Part shown: in pieces, positions 28,257 through 38,033 of the stretch | How positions within the stretch are numbered: position 1 is the stretch's first letter | Layout: the number at the start of each line of letters is the position of its first letter | From: Candidatus Kaiserbacteria bacterium | GTDB lineage: Bacteria; Patescibacteriota; Minisyncoccia; Phycocordibacterales; UBA2100 | Length of the DNA stretch: 64,000 nucleotides | NCBI GenBank assembly: GCA_016217965.1 | Contig: JACRFI010000007.1 | Location: forward strand, 37,815 to 101,814 | Reading direction: 5' to 3' | Translations under genes and position numbers: made by a program | The notes under the pieces: model-generated | Database searches by the model: none | What the model was told of the DNA's origin: nothing | The model's input: the letters and a program-made list of their open reading frames with translations, nothing else

Positions 28257-28742
28257 ATGACAAAGGAATTAAGAGACAATAGTGAAAAGCTAAAGGTCAA
28301 AGTTGAACGAAGCACGGGTGATCGAGCAAAGGAAATTTTCGGCAATTTCGTAACCAGTCTAGAAAAAAAATATCCCAACAAAGCGATATTTATCGAAAGA
28401 TATGACGGCGACACTGCATATACAGCAACGGTGAATAATCAGATCGCAGGCGTATTACTCGGATCAGACATGCAGCCAGAAAGGCATTTTAATGGTTCAT
28501 TCATTCTCGTTGATGAGAAATATCGAAGAAGCGATATAGGCAAGTCTCTCATTGATGCCGCAAAATCTGAATTTGAATCGTTCAGCCTGCAGGCGGCGGC
28601 GTTTGCTTTAAATCTAGATAGAGGAGATGCGACCAGTACGAGGAGGAGAAATCGTGCGTTAATTAAATACTACCAACGCATGGGATTCGAGCTCATTGAT
28701 TCGTATCACAATATTATGATCTGGAAGAAAAAATACTTATGA
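28257..28742 (+). CDS. GNAT-family N-acetyltransferase
   Basis: VDEKYRRSDIGKSL, LIKYYQRMGF. Confidence 0.8.
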   Translation: MTKELRDNSEKLKVKVERSTGDRAKEIFGNFVTSLEKKYPNKAIFIERYDGDTAYTATVNNQIAGVLLGSDMQPERHFNGSFILVDEKYRRSDIGKSLIDAAKSEFESFSLQAAAFALNLDRGDATSTRRRNRALIKYYQRMGFELIDSYHNIMIWKKKYL

Positions 28743-29509
28743 AAAAACCGAACGCACTCATTTTTTCCGGATACGGGCTCAATTGCGAAGAGGAAACAAA
28801 AGTGGCATTTGAAGTTGCGGGCGCGAAAGCGGATATTGTGCATATCAATGACCTCATCTCAAAGCCGTCGATTCTGAAAAATTATCAGATCGCGGCGATT
28901 CCGGGCGGGTTTGCATACGGCGATGATACCGGGGCAGGGAAAGCGTATGGTGCGAAATTGAAGCAGCATTTGGGAGAAGAGATTGAGAAATTTCTAGAGC
29001 GAGATACTTTGCTTATCGCGATTTGCAACGGCTTCCAAGTTGCGACGAGCGCCGGCATTTTGCCGGGTGCTCTCATTGCCAATGACAATGCGCGGTACAC
29101 GTGTAGGTGGGTGGATTTAAAGGTGACGAGTAACAGTCCGTGGCTGAGGGGTATCAAACAACTTTCGGTCCCGATAGCGCACGGAGAAGGGAAGTATGTC
29201 GCGTCAAAAGAGACATTGAACAAGCTCAAAAAAGAAAAAGCGCTTGCGCTCACGTACGTTAAGGGTGATGTTTCTAAACACTTTGATCTACCTGCGAATC
29301 CAAATGGCTCGACTTTGAATATTGCTGGCGTCACGGCACGGAACGGGCGAGTCATAGGCCTTATGCCGCATCCTGAACGCGCGACTCGTTTTACACATCT
29401 TCCTCACTGGACGTATTTGAAAGAGAAGTTAGTGCGAGAGTGGAAGAAGATGCCCACGGACGGGCCAGGAATTCAGATATTTAAAAATGCGGTACAATAT
29501 TTCAAATAA
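28739..29509 (+). CDS. purQ: FGAM synthase glutaminase subunit
   Basis: GLNCEEE, PGGFAYGD, ICNGFQ, AHGEG, NPNGS, MPHPER. Confidence 0.96.
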   Translation: MKKPNALIFSGYGLNCEEETKVAFEVAGAKADIVHINDLISKPSILKNYQIAAIPGGFAYGDDTGAGKAYGAKLKQHLGEEIEKFLERDTLLIAICNGFQVATSAGILPGALIANDNARYTCRWVDLKVTSNSPWLRGIKQLSVPIAHGEGKYVASKETLNKLKKEKALALTYVKGDVSKHFDLPANPNGSTLNIAGVTARNGRVIGLMPHPERATRFTHLPHWTYLKEKLVREWKKMPTDGPGIQIFKNAVQYFK

Positions 29510-29510
29510 T

Positions 29511-30050
29511 ATGAATAAACCACTTGTCGGGATATTAATGGGTTCGGATTCGGACCTCTCGGTCATGAAGGAGGCGGCGGAGGTGTTGAAACAGTTAGGC
29601 GTGGAATCGGAAGTCCACACGCTTTCAGCGCACCGCACACCGGAAGCGGTGGTTGAATATGTCATTGCAAGCGAGGCGGCGGGATATAAAGTCTTCATTT
29701 GCGGCGCCGGAGGCGCCGCGCATTTAGCTGGTGTTGTTGCCGCGCATACCGCGCTTCCCGTGATAGGTGTTCCTTTGATGAGCGAAAAAATGGGCGCTGC
29801 AGGAATCGATGCGCTATTTTCTACCGTCCAAATGCCGCCAGGAATTCCCGTTGCGACAGTTGGCATCAACGGGGCAAAAAATGCTGGAATCCTCGCCGCT
29901 CAGATAATCGGTACTGGCTCAGAACATTCTAATGTTTTGCAAAACATTAGAAGGTACAAAGAGAAGATTGCGAAAGATATCGTTGCGAAAGATACCGAAT
30001 TGCAAGAAAAAGGATTTAAGAAATACTTGGAAGAAAAAGGGTTGATATGA
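29511..30050 (+). CDS. purE: N5-CAIR mutase / AIR carboxylase
   Basis: MGSDSD, SAHRTP, AGGAAHLAG, VQMPPGIPVATV. Confidence 0.97.
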   Translation: MNKPLVGILMGSDSDLSVMKEAAEVLKQLGVESEVHTLSAHRTPEAVVEYVIASEAAGYKVFICGAGGAAHLAGVVAAHTALPVIGVPLMSEKMGAAGIDALFSTVQMPPGIPVATVGINGAKNAGILAAQIIGTGSEHSNVLQNIRRYKEKIAKDIVAKDTELQEKGFKKYLEEKGLI

Positions 30051-30895
30051 GTTCATCCGCTGTTGATCGCATCGCGGCTATAAAGAGAACGCGGGCGATT
30101 ACGGCGGATATATTGAGACGATCAATGTCATCTTTACTTGACGGTCGTTCCGAAGTCGATCTAAGAAATGATATTCTCTCAGGAATCGCTGGAGAGAATT
30201 CTCTCTTTCCAAAAGGTTGGTATGATCCTCCACCAGGTGGCACAAGTGTATTATTCGGCACTTCGCCCTTCGATAGATTAAAATACGAGACGATCCGCGA
30301 TCCTTTTTTCTGGCCGAGGGAGTCGTTCCGTTTCGAACGCGAAACAGTGGGGTTTGTGTATGCATCATCAGTTGATACGACTACTGGAATGATGGGTGAT
30401 CACGGGTTCACAGTCTATAGCGGTTCAGATGGCAGGATTGCTCAACATATTCGTCGTGTTTACGAAACGATTTACACTGTGGCTGATCTTGCGCAGGTTG
30501 GAATGAAGTTCTCCGCACTTTATGCCGAAGCAATGCAGGTCTTTAGAAAGCAGCATGTAGCCATCAGATGGATGACGACGCATAATGATACTCAAAAGAC
30601 GAATCTTGGGCATACCGTTCCCGGATCGTTCGACGGTGACGATCCATATCTAGGCACATTCGAAGAAATAAAAGAACGAATAACAAAGGGCAGAATCTTC
30701 ATAAATGAAATTGAAGATTTTTCCATTCTTCCGACATGTGCATTTACCGTTGAAGCGAGGTTGGTGGATACGGAGTATCCGGAACTTCCAAATACATTTT
30801 TCCATTTTATAGTTACGTTTTCAAACGGCCAGAAACATACTCTTTCGGATTTTGATGATATATTTCGGGATGTCGGGATGAGTTACATGCTATGA
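30047..30895 (+). CDS. M24 peptidase (pita-bread fold)-like protein
   Basis: MMGDHG.T, NLGHTVP, FTVEARL; ATGA overlaps with purE and purM. Confidence 0.6.
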   Translation: MSSSAVDRIAAIKRTRAITADILRRSMSSLLDGRSEVDLRNDILSGIAGENSLFPKGWYDPPPGGTSVLFGTSPFDRLKYETIRDPFFWPRESFRFERETVGFVYASSVDTTTGMMGDHGFTVYSGSDGRIAQHIRRVYETIYTVADLAQVGMKFSALYAEAMQVFRKQHVAIRWMTTHNDTQKTNLGHTVPGSFDGDDPYLGTFEEIKERITKGRIFINEIEDFSILPTCAFTVEARLVDTEYPELPNTFFHFIVTFSNGQKHTLSDFDDIFRDVGMSYML

Positions 30896-31932
30896 CAAAT
30901 CCAATTTCATATAAAAGTGCTGGCGTTGATAGAGATACTGAGAACCAAACAAAAGAAGAAATGGCGGGTGCACTTGAGACAAGCGATCCGCGGGTTTTGA
31001 ATAAGATCGGGGCATTCGCATCTCTCTACGATGCAAAGTTCTCCGAATACAAGCATCCTGTTCTCGTTTTAAAAACGGAAGAGCCAGGCACCAAGCAGCT
31101 CCTTGCGGCGCAGCACGACCGCATCGAATCTGTCTGCCACGATCTCATAAATCACTTGGTGAATGATTGCATTGTGATGGGTGCAAAACCGCTCTCGATA
31201 CAGGACTGCATCATATGCGGAAAAGTGGAGAAACCCATCGTAGTCCGAATGGTAAAGGCGTTTGCAGAAGCTGCGAAGAACAATGAGTGCACGCTGACTG
31301 GTGGGGAAACGTCGTGGCAGCCGGGCGTTATTCCCGAAGGCACGTACATTCTGACCGCGAGCATCGTCGGCGTCGTCGAGAAGGAGCGCGTTATCGACGG
31401 CTCAAAGATACAGGAGGGAGACACCGTGCTAGCGCTTGCATCAAGCGGCGTACACACGAACGGCATATCCCTGGTACGGAAAATCATTGCGGAGAAGCCA
31501 GAGATAATGAACGAGACGATTGACGGAACACCATTTATTGACGCGGTCCTCACTCCGCACCGTGCGTACTACACCTCGCTAAAGGGTCTGTTCGATAACG
31601 ATGGACTCGTAGGCCTCGCACACATCACAGGCGGAGGCATCGAAGAGAATCTCAATAGGATACTTCCTGAAGGGCTGGCTGCACGGATAGACCGCTCGCT
31701 GATACGGGTACACCCGATATTTGCTGTCCTTAAAAAGCACGGGTCGCTCGATGACAATGACATGCTCCGTACATTCAATATGGGAGTCGGTATTGCCGCT
31801 GTGGTGCGCTCATCGGAGAAAGAGGCTATTATCGCGCACCTTAAGGGCCAAGGAGTAGAAGCGTATGAGATAGGCGCAATAGTTTCAGGAAATAGAAACG
31901 TCGAATTTACCGGTGCATTAAAGTGGGATTGA
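30892..31932 (+). CDS. purM: Phosphoribosylaminoimidazole synthetase
   Basis: SYKSAGVD, VND, GGET, SSGVHTNG, AHITGGG, TFNMGVG. Confidence 0.96.
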   Translation: MTNPISYKSAGVDRDTENQTKEEMAGALETSDPRVLNKIGAFASLYDAKFSEYKHPVLVLKTEEPGTKQLLAAQHDRIESVCHDLINHLVNDCIVMGAKPLSIQDCIICGKVEKPIVVRMVKAFAEAAKNNECTLTGGETSWQPGVIPEGTYILTASIVGVVEKERVIDGSKIQEGDTVLALASSGVHTNGISLVRKIIAEKPEIMNETIDGTPFIDAVLTPHRAYYTSLKGLFDNDGLVGLAHITGGGIEENLNRILPEGLAARIDRSLIRVHPIFAVLKKHGSLDDNDMLRTFNMGVGIAAVVRSSEKEAIIAHLKGQGVEAYEIGAIVSGNRNVEFTGALKWD

Positions 31933-31936
31933 AGGT

Positions 31937-32815
31937 ATGACGGACGTGAAAAAAGGAAAACTCTTGAATGAGGGAAAGACTAAGAAAATATTTGCAGCCG
32001 AGGGAGACGATTCGTTGGCGATCGTCGAGTACAAGAACGCCATTACTGCGTTCGACGACCCTTCATTCACGAAAGAATTTGCGACCAAGGCGAAATACTC
32101 GAATATCACAACGTCACGTGTCTTTGAGCTCTTGAATGCTGCAGGCATCCCTACTGCGTTCGTGAGGCAACTGAGTGATACAGAATTCCTTGCAAAGAAC
32201 TGCACGATGATTCCGCTTGAAGTGGTTGTGCGGCGGTACGCTGTGGGCAGCTTCTTGAAAAGGCATCCGGAATTCGCGAAGGCGGAAAATGAGCCGCCAC
32301 ATCGCTTCGAACAACCGGTCGTTGAATTCTTTCTTAAAACGACGCGTGGCGGACTTAAGGATGCTGAAGGCGTGATCGTCGAAGGACTCGACCCCAAAAA
32401 AGGCGAGGAAGACCCGTTCATTCCGAATCCTCACGAGGCCGAATGGAAATTGGCGCATCCGAAGAGGCAGGACTCGGATCCGGAGGCCTCGCTAAGCCGC
32501 ACAGTCGATTCTAGACGAGTGCTCGGCAATGGGACGATAGCAGAAATGGAGGATGCGATAACAAAAGCGCTTGTTGCGCTTGAGAGCTTCTTTTCCAAGC
32601 ATCAATTCAAACTTATAGATTTTAAGATAGAGTTTGGCACCACGAAAGACAGCAAGATTGTCATCTCCGACGTAATAGACAACGACAGTTGGCGGCTTCG
32701 AGACAAGGATTGGAACGACGTCAGTAAGCAATCATTTCGCGATGGGGGAGCGCTCTCGGAGATAGAAGATAAATACGCACTCGTTGCGGAGCTCATGCAA
32801 GAAGCTTCTGTCTAA
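31937..32815 (+). CDS. purC: SAICAR synthetase
   Basis: EGKTK, MIPLEVVVRR, DFKIEFG, DVIDNDSWRL. Confidence 0.93.
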   Translation: MTDVKKGKLLNEGKTKKIFAAEGDDSLAIVEYKNAITAFDDPSFTKEFATKAKYSNITTSRVFELLNAAGIPTAFVRQLSDTEFLAKNCTMIPLEVVVRRYAVGSFLKRHPEFAKAENEPPHRFEQPVVEFFLKTTRGGLKDAEGVIVEGLDPKKGEEDPFIPNPHEAEWKLAHPKRQDSDPEASLSRTVDSRRVLGNGTIAEMEDAITKALVALESFFSKHQFKLIDFKIEFGTTKDSKIVISDVIDNDSWRLRDKDWNDVSKQSFRDGGALSEIEDKYALVAELMQEASV

Positions 32816-33895
32816 TTACTCCCAATACTCGTACGTCTCGACAGTGCCGTTGTTGTAATAGACGGTGTCGTTGAAGTAGTAGTTCTCTGCGTAATCATAG
32901 TAACTTTCGTTGTATCCATAGTTGGATTCTGCGTATCCTCCGTACGTATCCCACTCGTCGTACGTTTCGTCTGCCTGGCTACCTCTGCCGCACCACCAGT
33001 CCCACCAACAATCCTCACGCGCATCACCGGTAACCTGATAGTATCCGCGCCTCTCATCGTATGCGTCGTATAAACTTTCCCCGTAGCCGCCATAGAGTTC
33101 TTCCTCGTAGTACTCGTCCGCGTACCCATCATAAAATGATTCCCCATATGTATCGTAGTATTCATCGTCGATGATGACATCATATTCGTCATCCCAATAT
33201 GTTGTGTACTTGTCGCTATCGAAGCCGTCGTAATAGTATTCGTCCTCGAAGTACCACTCATCCTTTTGGTTGCTGCTCGTATTGTTGCCTGTTTGCTTAT
33301 TACCACTCGGGACGAAAGGCGCGAACAGAGATTGGGCAACTTGCGGGAAGTATCCGTATGGTGATTGTTTCTGCTGCACCGTGACATGCGCTGACCCGGT
33401 GCAATTTCCACCTGGTCCGCTTGCGGAAAGAGAATATGTCGTCGTCATACTTGGCTGCACAGTGCGTGTCCCGCTTGGAGCGACTTGTCCCAACCCGGAT
33501 ATGAAAAGCGATGTGGCATACGAAGAACCCCAGGAAACCGTTGCATTTTGCCCCTGCGTTATCGTCTGCGGCCACGCGGTGATAAAGCATGACGGCCTCC
33601 CTTCTGTCACGTGCACGGCAACATCGCAGGTAGATTGGCCAGTTTGTCCTTTGACTGTCAGCCTGAATGTGCGCGACTCATTCACCGGCAACGTGCGGCT
33701 TCCTGACGTCGGCACTGCGCCAAGAAGATCGAGCGAAGCAGATGAGGCGCCAAAAGACGACCATGTAAGGCGGACGCTCTCGCCAGAAACGACTGTTCCC
33801 GGTTCTGCTTTTATTGAGCAGCGGATAGTCTCGTTTTGCGCACCTACCGCAAATGGCGTTAACAAAAGGACGCTCACAAAAAACGCACGATACAT
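32816..33895 (-). CDS. Secreted protein with two Ig/PKD-like repeats and a Tyr/Asp/Glu-rich tail
   Basis: Signal peptide; two A.P.T...G....L.WSS units; acidic aromatic C-terminus. Confidence 0.75.
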   Translation of the reverse strand: MYRAFFVSVLLLTPFAVGAQNETIRCSIKAEPGTVVSGESVRLTWSSFGASSASLDLLGAVPTSGSRTLPVNESRTFRLTVKGQTGQSTCDVAVHVTEGRPSCFITAWPQTITQGQNATVSWGSSYATSLFISGLGQVAPSGTRTVQPSMTTTYSLSASGPGGNCTGSAHVTVQQKQSPYGYFPQVAQSLFAPFVPSGNKQTGNNTSSNQKDEWYFEDEYYYDGFDSDKYTTYWDDEYDVIIDDEYYDTYGESFYDGYADEYYEEELYGGYGESLYDAYDERRGYYQVTGDAREDCWWDWWCGRGSQADETYDEWDTYGGYAESNYGYNESYYDYAENYYFNDTVYYNNGTVETYEYWE

Positions 33896-33995
33896 GCGTA
33901 TAGTATAAAGCCAACAACAGGAGAGTAGTGCCACACTGTGGAGAAACCGGACATTTTGATGTATAGTGCTATATTAGAAGACGAAACATCGCAGT

Positions 33996-35396
33996 ATGCC
34001 TCAAGGGAATCAGGCCGCGATAACATCTATAGACGGGCGCTACCGTGCGCTTGTCGAGGAACTCTCTCAGCATTTCAGCGAATACGCACTCCACAAAAAC
34101 CGGGTTCGAGTTGAATGCGAATACCTCATCGCGCTTTCGGAAACAGAAGGCACGGGCGTCAGAGCCCTCAGCAGCGAAGAAAAAGATATGCTCCGAAGCA
34201 TTGGGGCACGCTTTTCCCACGAAGATGCGGACACCGTAAAAAAAATAGAGAAGGAAGGCCACGGTGAAATTCCCGCCACAAACCATGATGTCAAAGCCGT
34301 CGAATATTTTCTGAAGGGGAAACTTGAAGAAACGTCACTGAGGGATGTAAAGGAGTGGCTCCACTTTGCACTGACGTCCGAGGACGTGAATTCAGTTGCG
34401 CATGCCCTCTCTCTTCGAGGCGCACTGGAAGAAGTTATTCTGCTTGCACTCGACGACATCCGGGAGCGTCTTGACTCCATGGCTAGCGAACATGCGGCAG
34501 CGCCAATGCTCGCAAGGACGCACGGCCAACCCGCCTCTCCCACGACGTTTGGAAAAGAGATGCGCGTGTTCGAGCGCCGGCTCGAAAGACAACTTCGGGG
34601 AATAGGCGTGTTGCCCATTCTCGTAAAGTTTGGCGGCGCCACAGGGAACTGGAACGCGCATGTAGCAGCGCTTCCAGACATTGGCTGGGTAGAATTCAGC
34701 AGAAAATTCGTAGAGCGATTCAATGCAGATTCTGCCATAGAGATCGCACTGAACGAATACACGACGCAGATAGAACCGCACGACACCTATGCCGAATTGT
34801 TCGACGCGATGCGCCGCATCAACACCATACTTATGGATCTCTCGCAGGACATGTGGCGCTACATCAGCGACGGATGGGTAGTTCAAAAGCCAAAAGAAGG
34901 GGAAGTCGGTTCTTCGACCATGCCGCACAAAGTAAATCCGATAGATTTCGAGAACGCCGAAGGGAACCTGGGGGTTGCGAATGCGCTTTTCAATCATTTC
35001 TCGAACAAGCTTCCAATTTCGCGCTTGCAACGAGACCTGTCGGATTCGACGGTGGAGCGTGTTTTTGGCACCGCATTTGCACACTCGTTAGTCGCATACA
35101 AATCGTTGCTGAGGGGGATAGGAAAAGTGAGCGTGAATAGGGATGCCTTGCAGAGCTCGCTCGACGCGCATCCGGAAGTCCTCGGAGAGGCGATACAGAC
35201 GGTCCTCCGGAAAGAAGGCGTCCAGGTTCCATACGAAAAATTAAAAGGACTTACCCGCGGCAAAAAGATAACGCTTGCCGATTTCTCCGCGTTCATTGCG
35301 TCTCTTGAGGTTTCTGATGTTGTGAAGGAGAAGCTAAAAGCGTTGCGCCCGCATTCATATGTTGGGCTCGCTGTCGAGATTGCAAAGAAGAGATGA
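33996..35396 (+). CDS. purB: Adenylosuccinate lyase
   Basis: IDGRY, TNHDVKAVEY, ARTHGQPASPTT, GSSTMPHKVNPIDFEN. Confidence 0.97.
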   Translation: MPQGNQAAITSIDGRYRALVEELSQHFSEYALHKNRVRVECEYLIALSETEGTGVRALSSEEKDMLRSIGARFSHEDADTVKKIEKEGHGEIPATNHDVKAVEYFLKGKLEETSLRDVKEWLHFALTSEDVNSVAHALSLRGALEEVILLALDDIRERLDSMASEHAAAPMLARTHGQPASPTTFGKEMRVFERRLERQLRGIGVLPILVKFGGATGNWNAHVAALPDIGWVEFSRKFVERFNADSAIEIALNEYTTQIEPHDTYAELFDAMRRINTILMDLSQDMWRYISDGWVVQKPKEGEVGSSTMPHKVNPIDFENAEGNLGVANALFNHFSNKLPISRLQRDLSDSTVERVFGTAFAHSLVAYKSLLRGIGKVSVNRDALQSSLDAHPEVLGEAIQTVLRKEGVQVPYEKLKGLTRGKKITLADFSAFIASLEVSDVVKEKLKALRPHSYVGLAVEIAKKR

Positions 35397-35425
35397 AAAA
35401 AAGCCGCCGCGACTAGCGCGGCGGC
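35396..35425 (-). terminator. Intrinsic terminator (minus strand, possibly bidirectional)
   Basis: GCCGCCGCG-ACTAG-CGCGGCGGC stem with an A7 run on its left (U-tract on the minus strand). Confidence 0.75.
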
Positions 35426-35442
35426 ACCCCTCCTTCCGACCT

Positions 35443-35610
35443 CTAATTCCCTCGGATGCGGGCCCGAACTATTGGTAGCAGCGAATGCAACGGACAATTC
35501 GGGTCCGGGCGAGAGAACGAGTGGCCCGATTGGGGGCATGTACACTTCACCTCCGTGATCGTGATGCGAGACGGCGGTGTTGCGGGCTTCTTTTTGTCAT
35601 CCTCGGCCAT
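35443..35610 (-). CDS. Small Cys/His protein (55 aa)
   Basis: GGAGG Shine-Dalgarno before ATG at 35610; CTC...DPNCPLH; terminator follows. Confidence 0.6.
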   Translation of the reverse strand: MAEDDKKKPATPPSRITITEVKCTCPQSGHSFSRPDPNCPLHSLLPIVRARIRGN

Positions 35611-35648
35611 AGTAGCCTCCATGGCGTTGGTTTGAGTCTTGCACATGC

Positions 35649-35673
35649 AAAACCCCCTCTCAGCGAGAGGGGG
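35649..35673 (-). terminator. Probable intrinsic terminator downstream of the hybrid kinase
   Basis: CCCCCTCTC-AGC-GAGAGGGGG stem followed by TTTT on the minus strand. Confidence 0.55.
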
Positions 35674-35809
35674 CTAGGTTGATGAAATGTATTGTGGCAT
35701 CAGCACAGTCCTCTCTCGCGAGAAAGGTGCGCGTGATGCATGGATGTCAATTTCGTACCCATGGTGGCAATGTACCGTAAGGCTGGTCGCTGTCAACGCG
35801 GCGAATCAC

Positions 35810-37816
35810 TCATATCTTTTCCAATATACTTTGGAGCTCGGCAATATCTACCGGCTTCAAGAGGTGGTGCGAGAACCCAGCTTCGAGCGAACGCCTCACA
35901 TCTTCGTCCGCACCGTACCCAGAGAGCGCAATGAGGTGCGGCCGGTTTTTGGGGGGTGTCTTTTGCCGTATCTTTTCCGCTATTTCTCGCCCTCCGATGT
36001 CGGGGAGCGCGATATCGAGAATTGCGACGCCAACATCATTTGCAGCGATGTGGTGAATTGCGGACGCTCCGTCATACACAGCCGTGGCGTGGTATCCGTG
36101 CCGGGAGAGAAGTTTCGCGAGTGCATCTGCCGCTTTTTTGTTGTCATCAACCACAAGAATTGAAAGCGTCTTGTCAGTGCGTTTTTCTTTGGCGGCGGGC
36201 AGTTCTATGACTTTCTCTGAGGTTTCGAGAGGGAGGGGAGCGGGGACAAGAGGAAGGGAAACAGTAAATATGCTTCCTTGCTTTTCACCCGCGCTTTCCA
36301 CTTCAAACGTTCCTCCATGCATATCGACTAGGTGCTTAACGAGTGGAAGCCCGACGCCGAGCCCTGAACGCGGATGCAGAACTACCGCCACGGTGCTGCT
36401 TTCTTGGCCCAAAAGATTCCGAATGTGTTTCTTTGAGATACCCACACCGGTATCTTTTACAGATATCACCACCATTGAACGTTCGCCTTTGGACGTGAGC
36501 GTGATGCGACCTCCAGGTTCCGTATATTTCGCCGCATTCGAGAGTAGATTGACAACAATCTGTTTTATTCTGCTCCGGTCTCCATTCACATAGAAAGCCC
36601 TCGGCTCGCACTTCATCTCGAACACGTGCTGACGTTCGTGCATAATGGGTCTAAAGCTTTCCCCTGCTTCCTCGAGGATGGGTGTAACATCGACAGTTTG
36701 TTTCCGGAGGATCATGCGCCTGCGCCTAATGCGCGACAGATCGAGAAGGTCCTCAAGGAGTGCAGTTGCATGCCGGAGCTCAAGCCGCATGTTCTGGAGC
36801 ATGTGCTTCTCTTCTTGTGGACGATCATCGAGTTGGAGAAGTTGAAGATAACTGAGGGTGGAGGCAAGAGGATTTCGCAGCTCATGCGAGAGTGACGCTA
36901 AAAAATCATCTTTTGCCTGATCCGCTTTTAAGAGTGCAGCCGCTGCGGAGCGCCTCTCGGTTACCATTGCAGAGAGGACGAGCGCTGACATCGCTGCGAC
37001 GATGAGAAATGCTTGGAGGTATAAGACGGCGACTTCGGGAGGAAATTCCGCGAATCTACCGTATCCATTCAGAGTTCCGCCAATAGCCAGCGCCGAAAAG
37101 AGCAAGATGCCGCTCGCCGTCTCACGTGTTGAAAACCGCAAGATAAGCCAAACAAGCGCAGGTGCGGCAAGAAAGTCGAATGAGAAGTTTACAGGCCCAA
37201 ATACGACGAACGCAGTTGCGAATATCGCTGCAATGACGGCGAGAATCTCAAGAAATTGGAGAGCGCTCCACTCGACGCGGAAATTTCCCCACCATGTGAG
37301 AATAAAAGGTGCGACAAGAAGTGCTCCGCCTACATCACCCAGCCACCACGCGAGCCAGATAGGTTGTGCATCAGAGGTTTCAGCGAAGCCTCCAAGGAGC
37401 AATGATCCAACGCCGATAGAGGCGCTGATAGTCGACGCAATGAGTGCGGAGACCGTGAAAAGAAATACTGTATGCGCGCGCGAGAACGCATGCACGCCAC
37501 TCGCAAATGCTTGCACCAGATACGCGAGCACAAGCGCTTCGAGCGTGTTGCCAAGAGCGATGCCGAATGAAGTGAAAAGATTGCCTTCGGTTGTGATGTT
37601 TGCGAGGAAGGCTCCAGCAAAAATGCCAGGCCAAAAGCGGAATCCAAAGATGAGGAGCGCGACGAATGAGATTCCGGTTGGCGCCCACACAGTTGTTGCA
37701 CTCGGATGCACGTATGCTATCGAGAGCCCGAATTTTGCCGTTGCGAAGTAGAGTATTGCGAGTAGCGCGATGCCTCCGAAATATTCAAGAAACCGGCGCC
37801 ATGCGCTAGGTTGCAT
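35810..37816 (-). CDS. MASE1-domain hybrid sensor kinase/response regulator
   Basis: VWAPTG, WWLGD MASE1; SHELRNPL; NLLSNAAKY; GLGVGL; receiver ILVVDD, LDIALPD. Confidence 0.93.
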   Translation of the reverse strand: MQPSAWRRFLEYFGGIALLAILYFATAKFGLSIAYVHPSATTVWAPTGISFVALLIFGFRFWPGIFAGAFLANITTEGNLFTSFGIALGNTLEALVLAYLVQAFASGVHAFSRAHTVFLFTVSALIASTISASIGVGSLLLGGFAETSDAQPIWLAWWLGDVGGALLVAPFILTWWGNFRVEWSALQFLEILAVIAAIFATAFVVFGPVNFSFDFLAAPALVWLILRFSTRETASGILLFSALAIGGTLNGYGRFAEFPPEVAVLYLQAFLIVAAMSALVLSAMVTERRSAAAALLKADQAKDDFLASLSHELRNPLASTLSYLQLLQLDDRPQEEKHMLQNMRLELRHATALLEDLLDLSRIRRRRMILRKQTVDVTPILEEAGESFRPIMHERQHVFEMKCEPRAFYVNGDRSRIKQIVVNLLSNAAKYTEPGGRITLTSKGERSMVVISVKDTGVGISKKHIRNLLGQESSTVAVVLHPRSGLGVGLPLVKHLVDMHGGTFEVESAGEKQGSIFTVSLPLVPAPLPLETSEKVIELPAAKEKRTDKTLSILVVDDNKKAADALAKLLSRHGYHATAVYDGASAIHHIAANDVGVAILDIALPDIGGREIAEKIRQKTPPKNRPHLIALSGYGADEDVRRSLEAGFSHHLLKPVDIAELQSILEKI

Positions 37817-38033
37817 AGAGGTTTATGGATGCGGCGGGCCGAGGGTATATTGCGGCAATCGTGTTGCTCGTTGCATAGTAGAAATGGTAGCACTCTGCGA
37901 GAGACAGGTCCTGTTGGAACACGGTTGTCGACGAATGTCCACCTCGCTCGATGCGTGAGCCGTCTTGATGGCCCACATGTTCATAGACGCAGCGGCGCAG
38001 TACACTCTTTCCTAACCCAAACGGGGGTGTCTA

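Noticed and set aside
37817-38033. Intergenic ncRNA or tRNA
   Set aside because: No cloverleaf, strong stem or known motif could be recognised.
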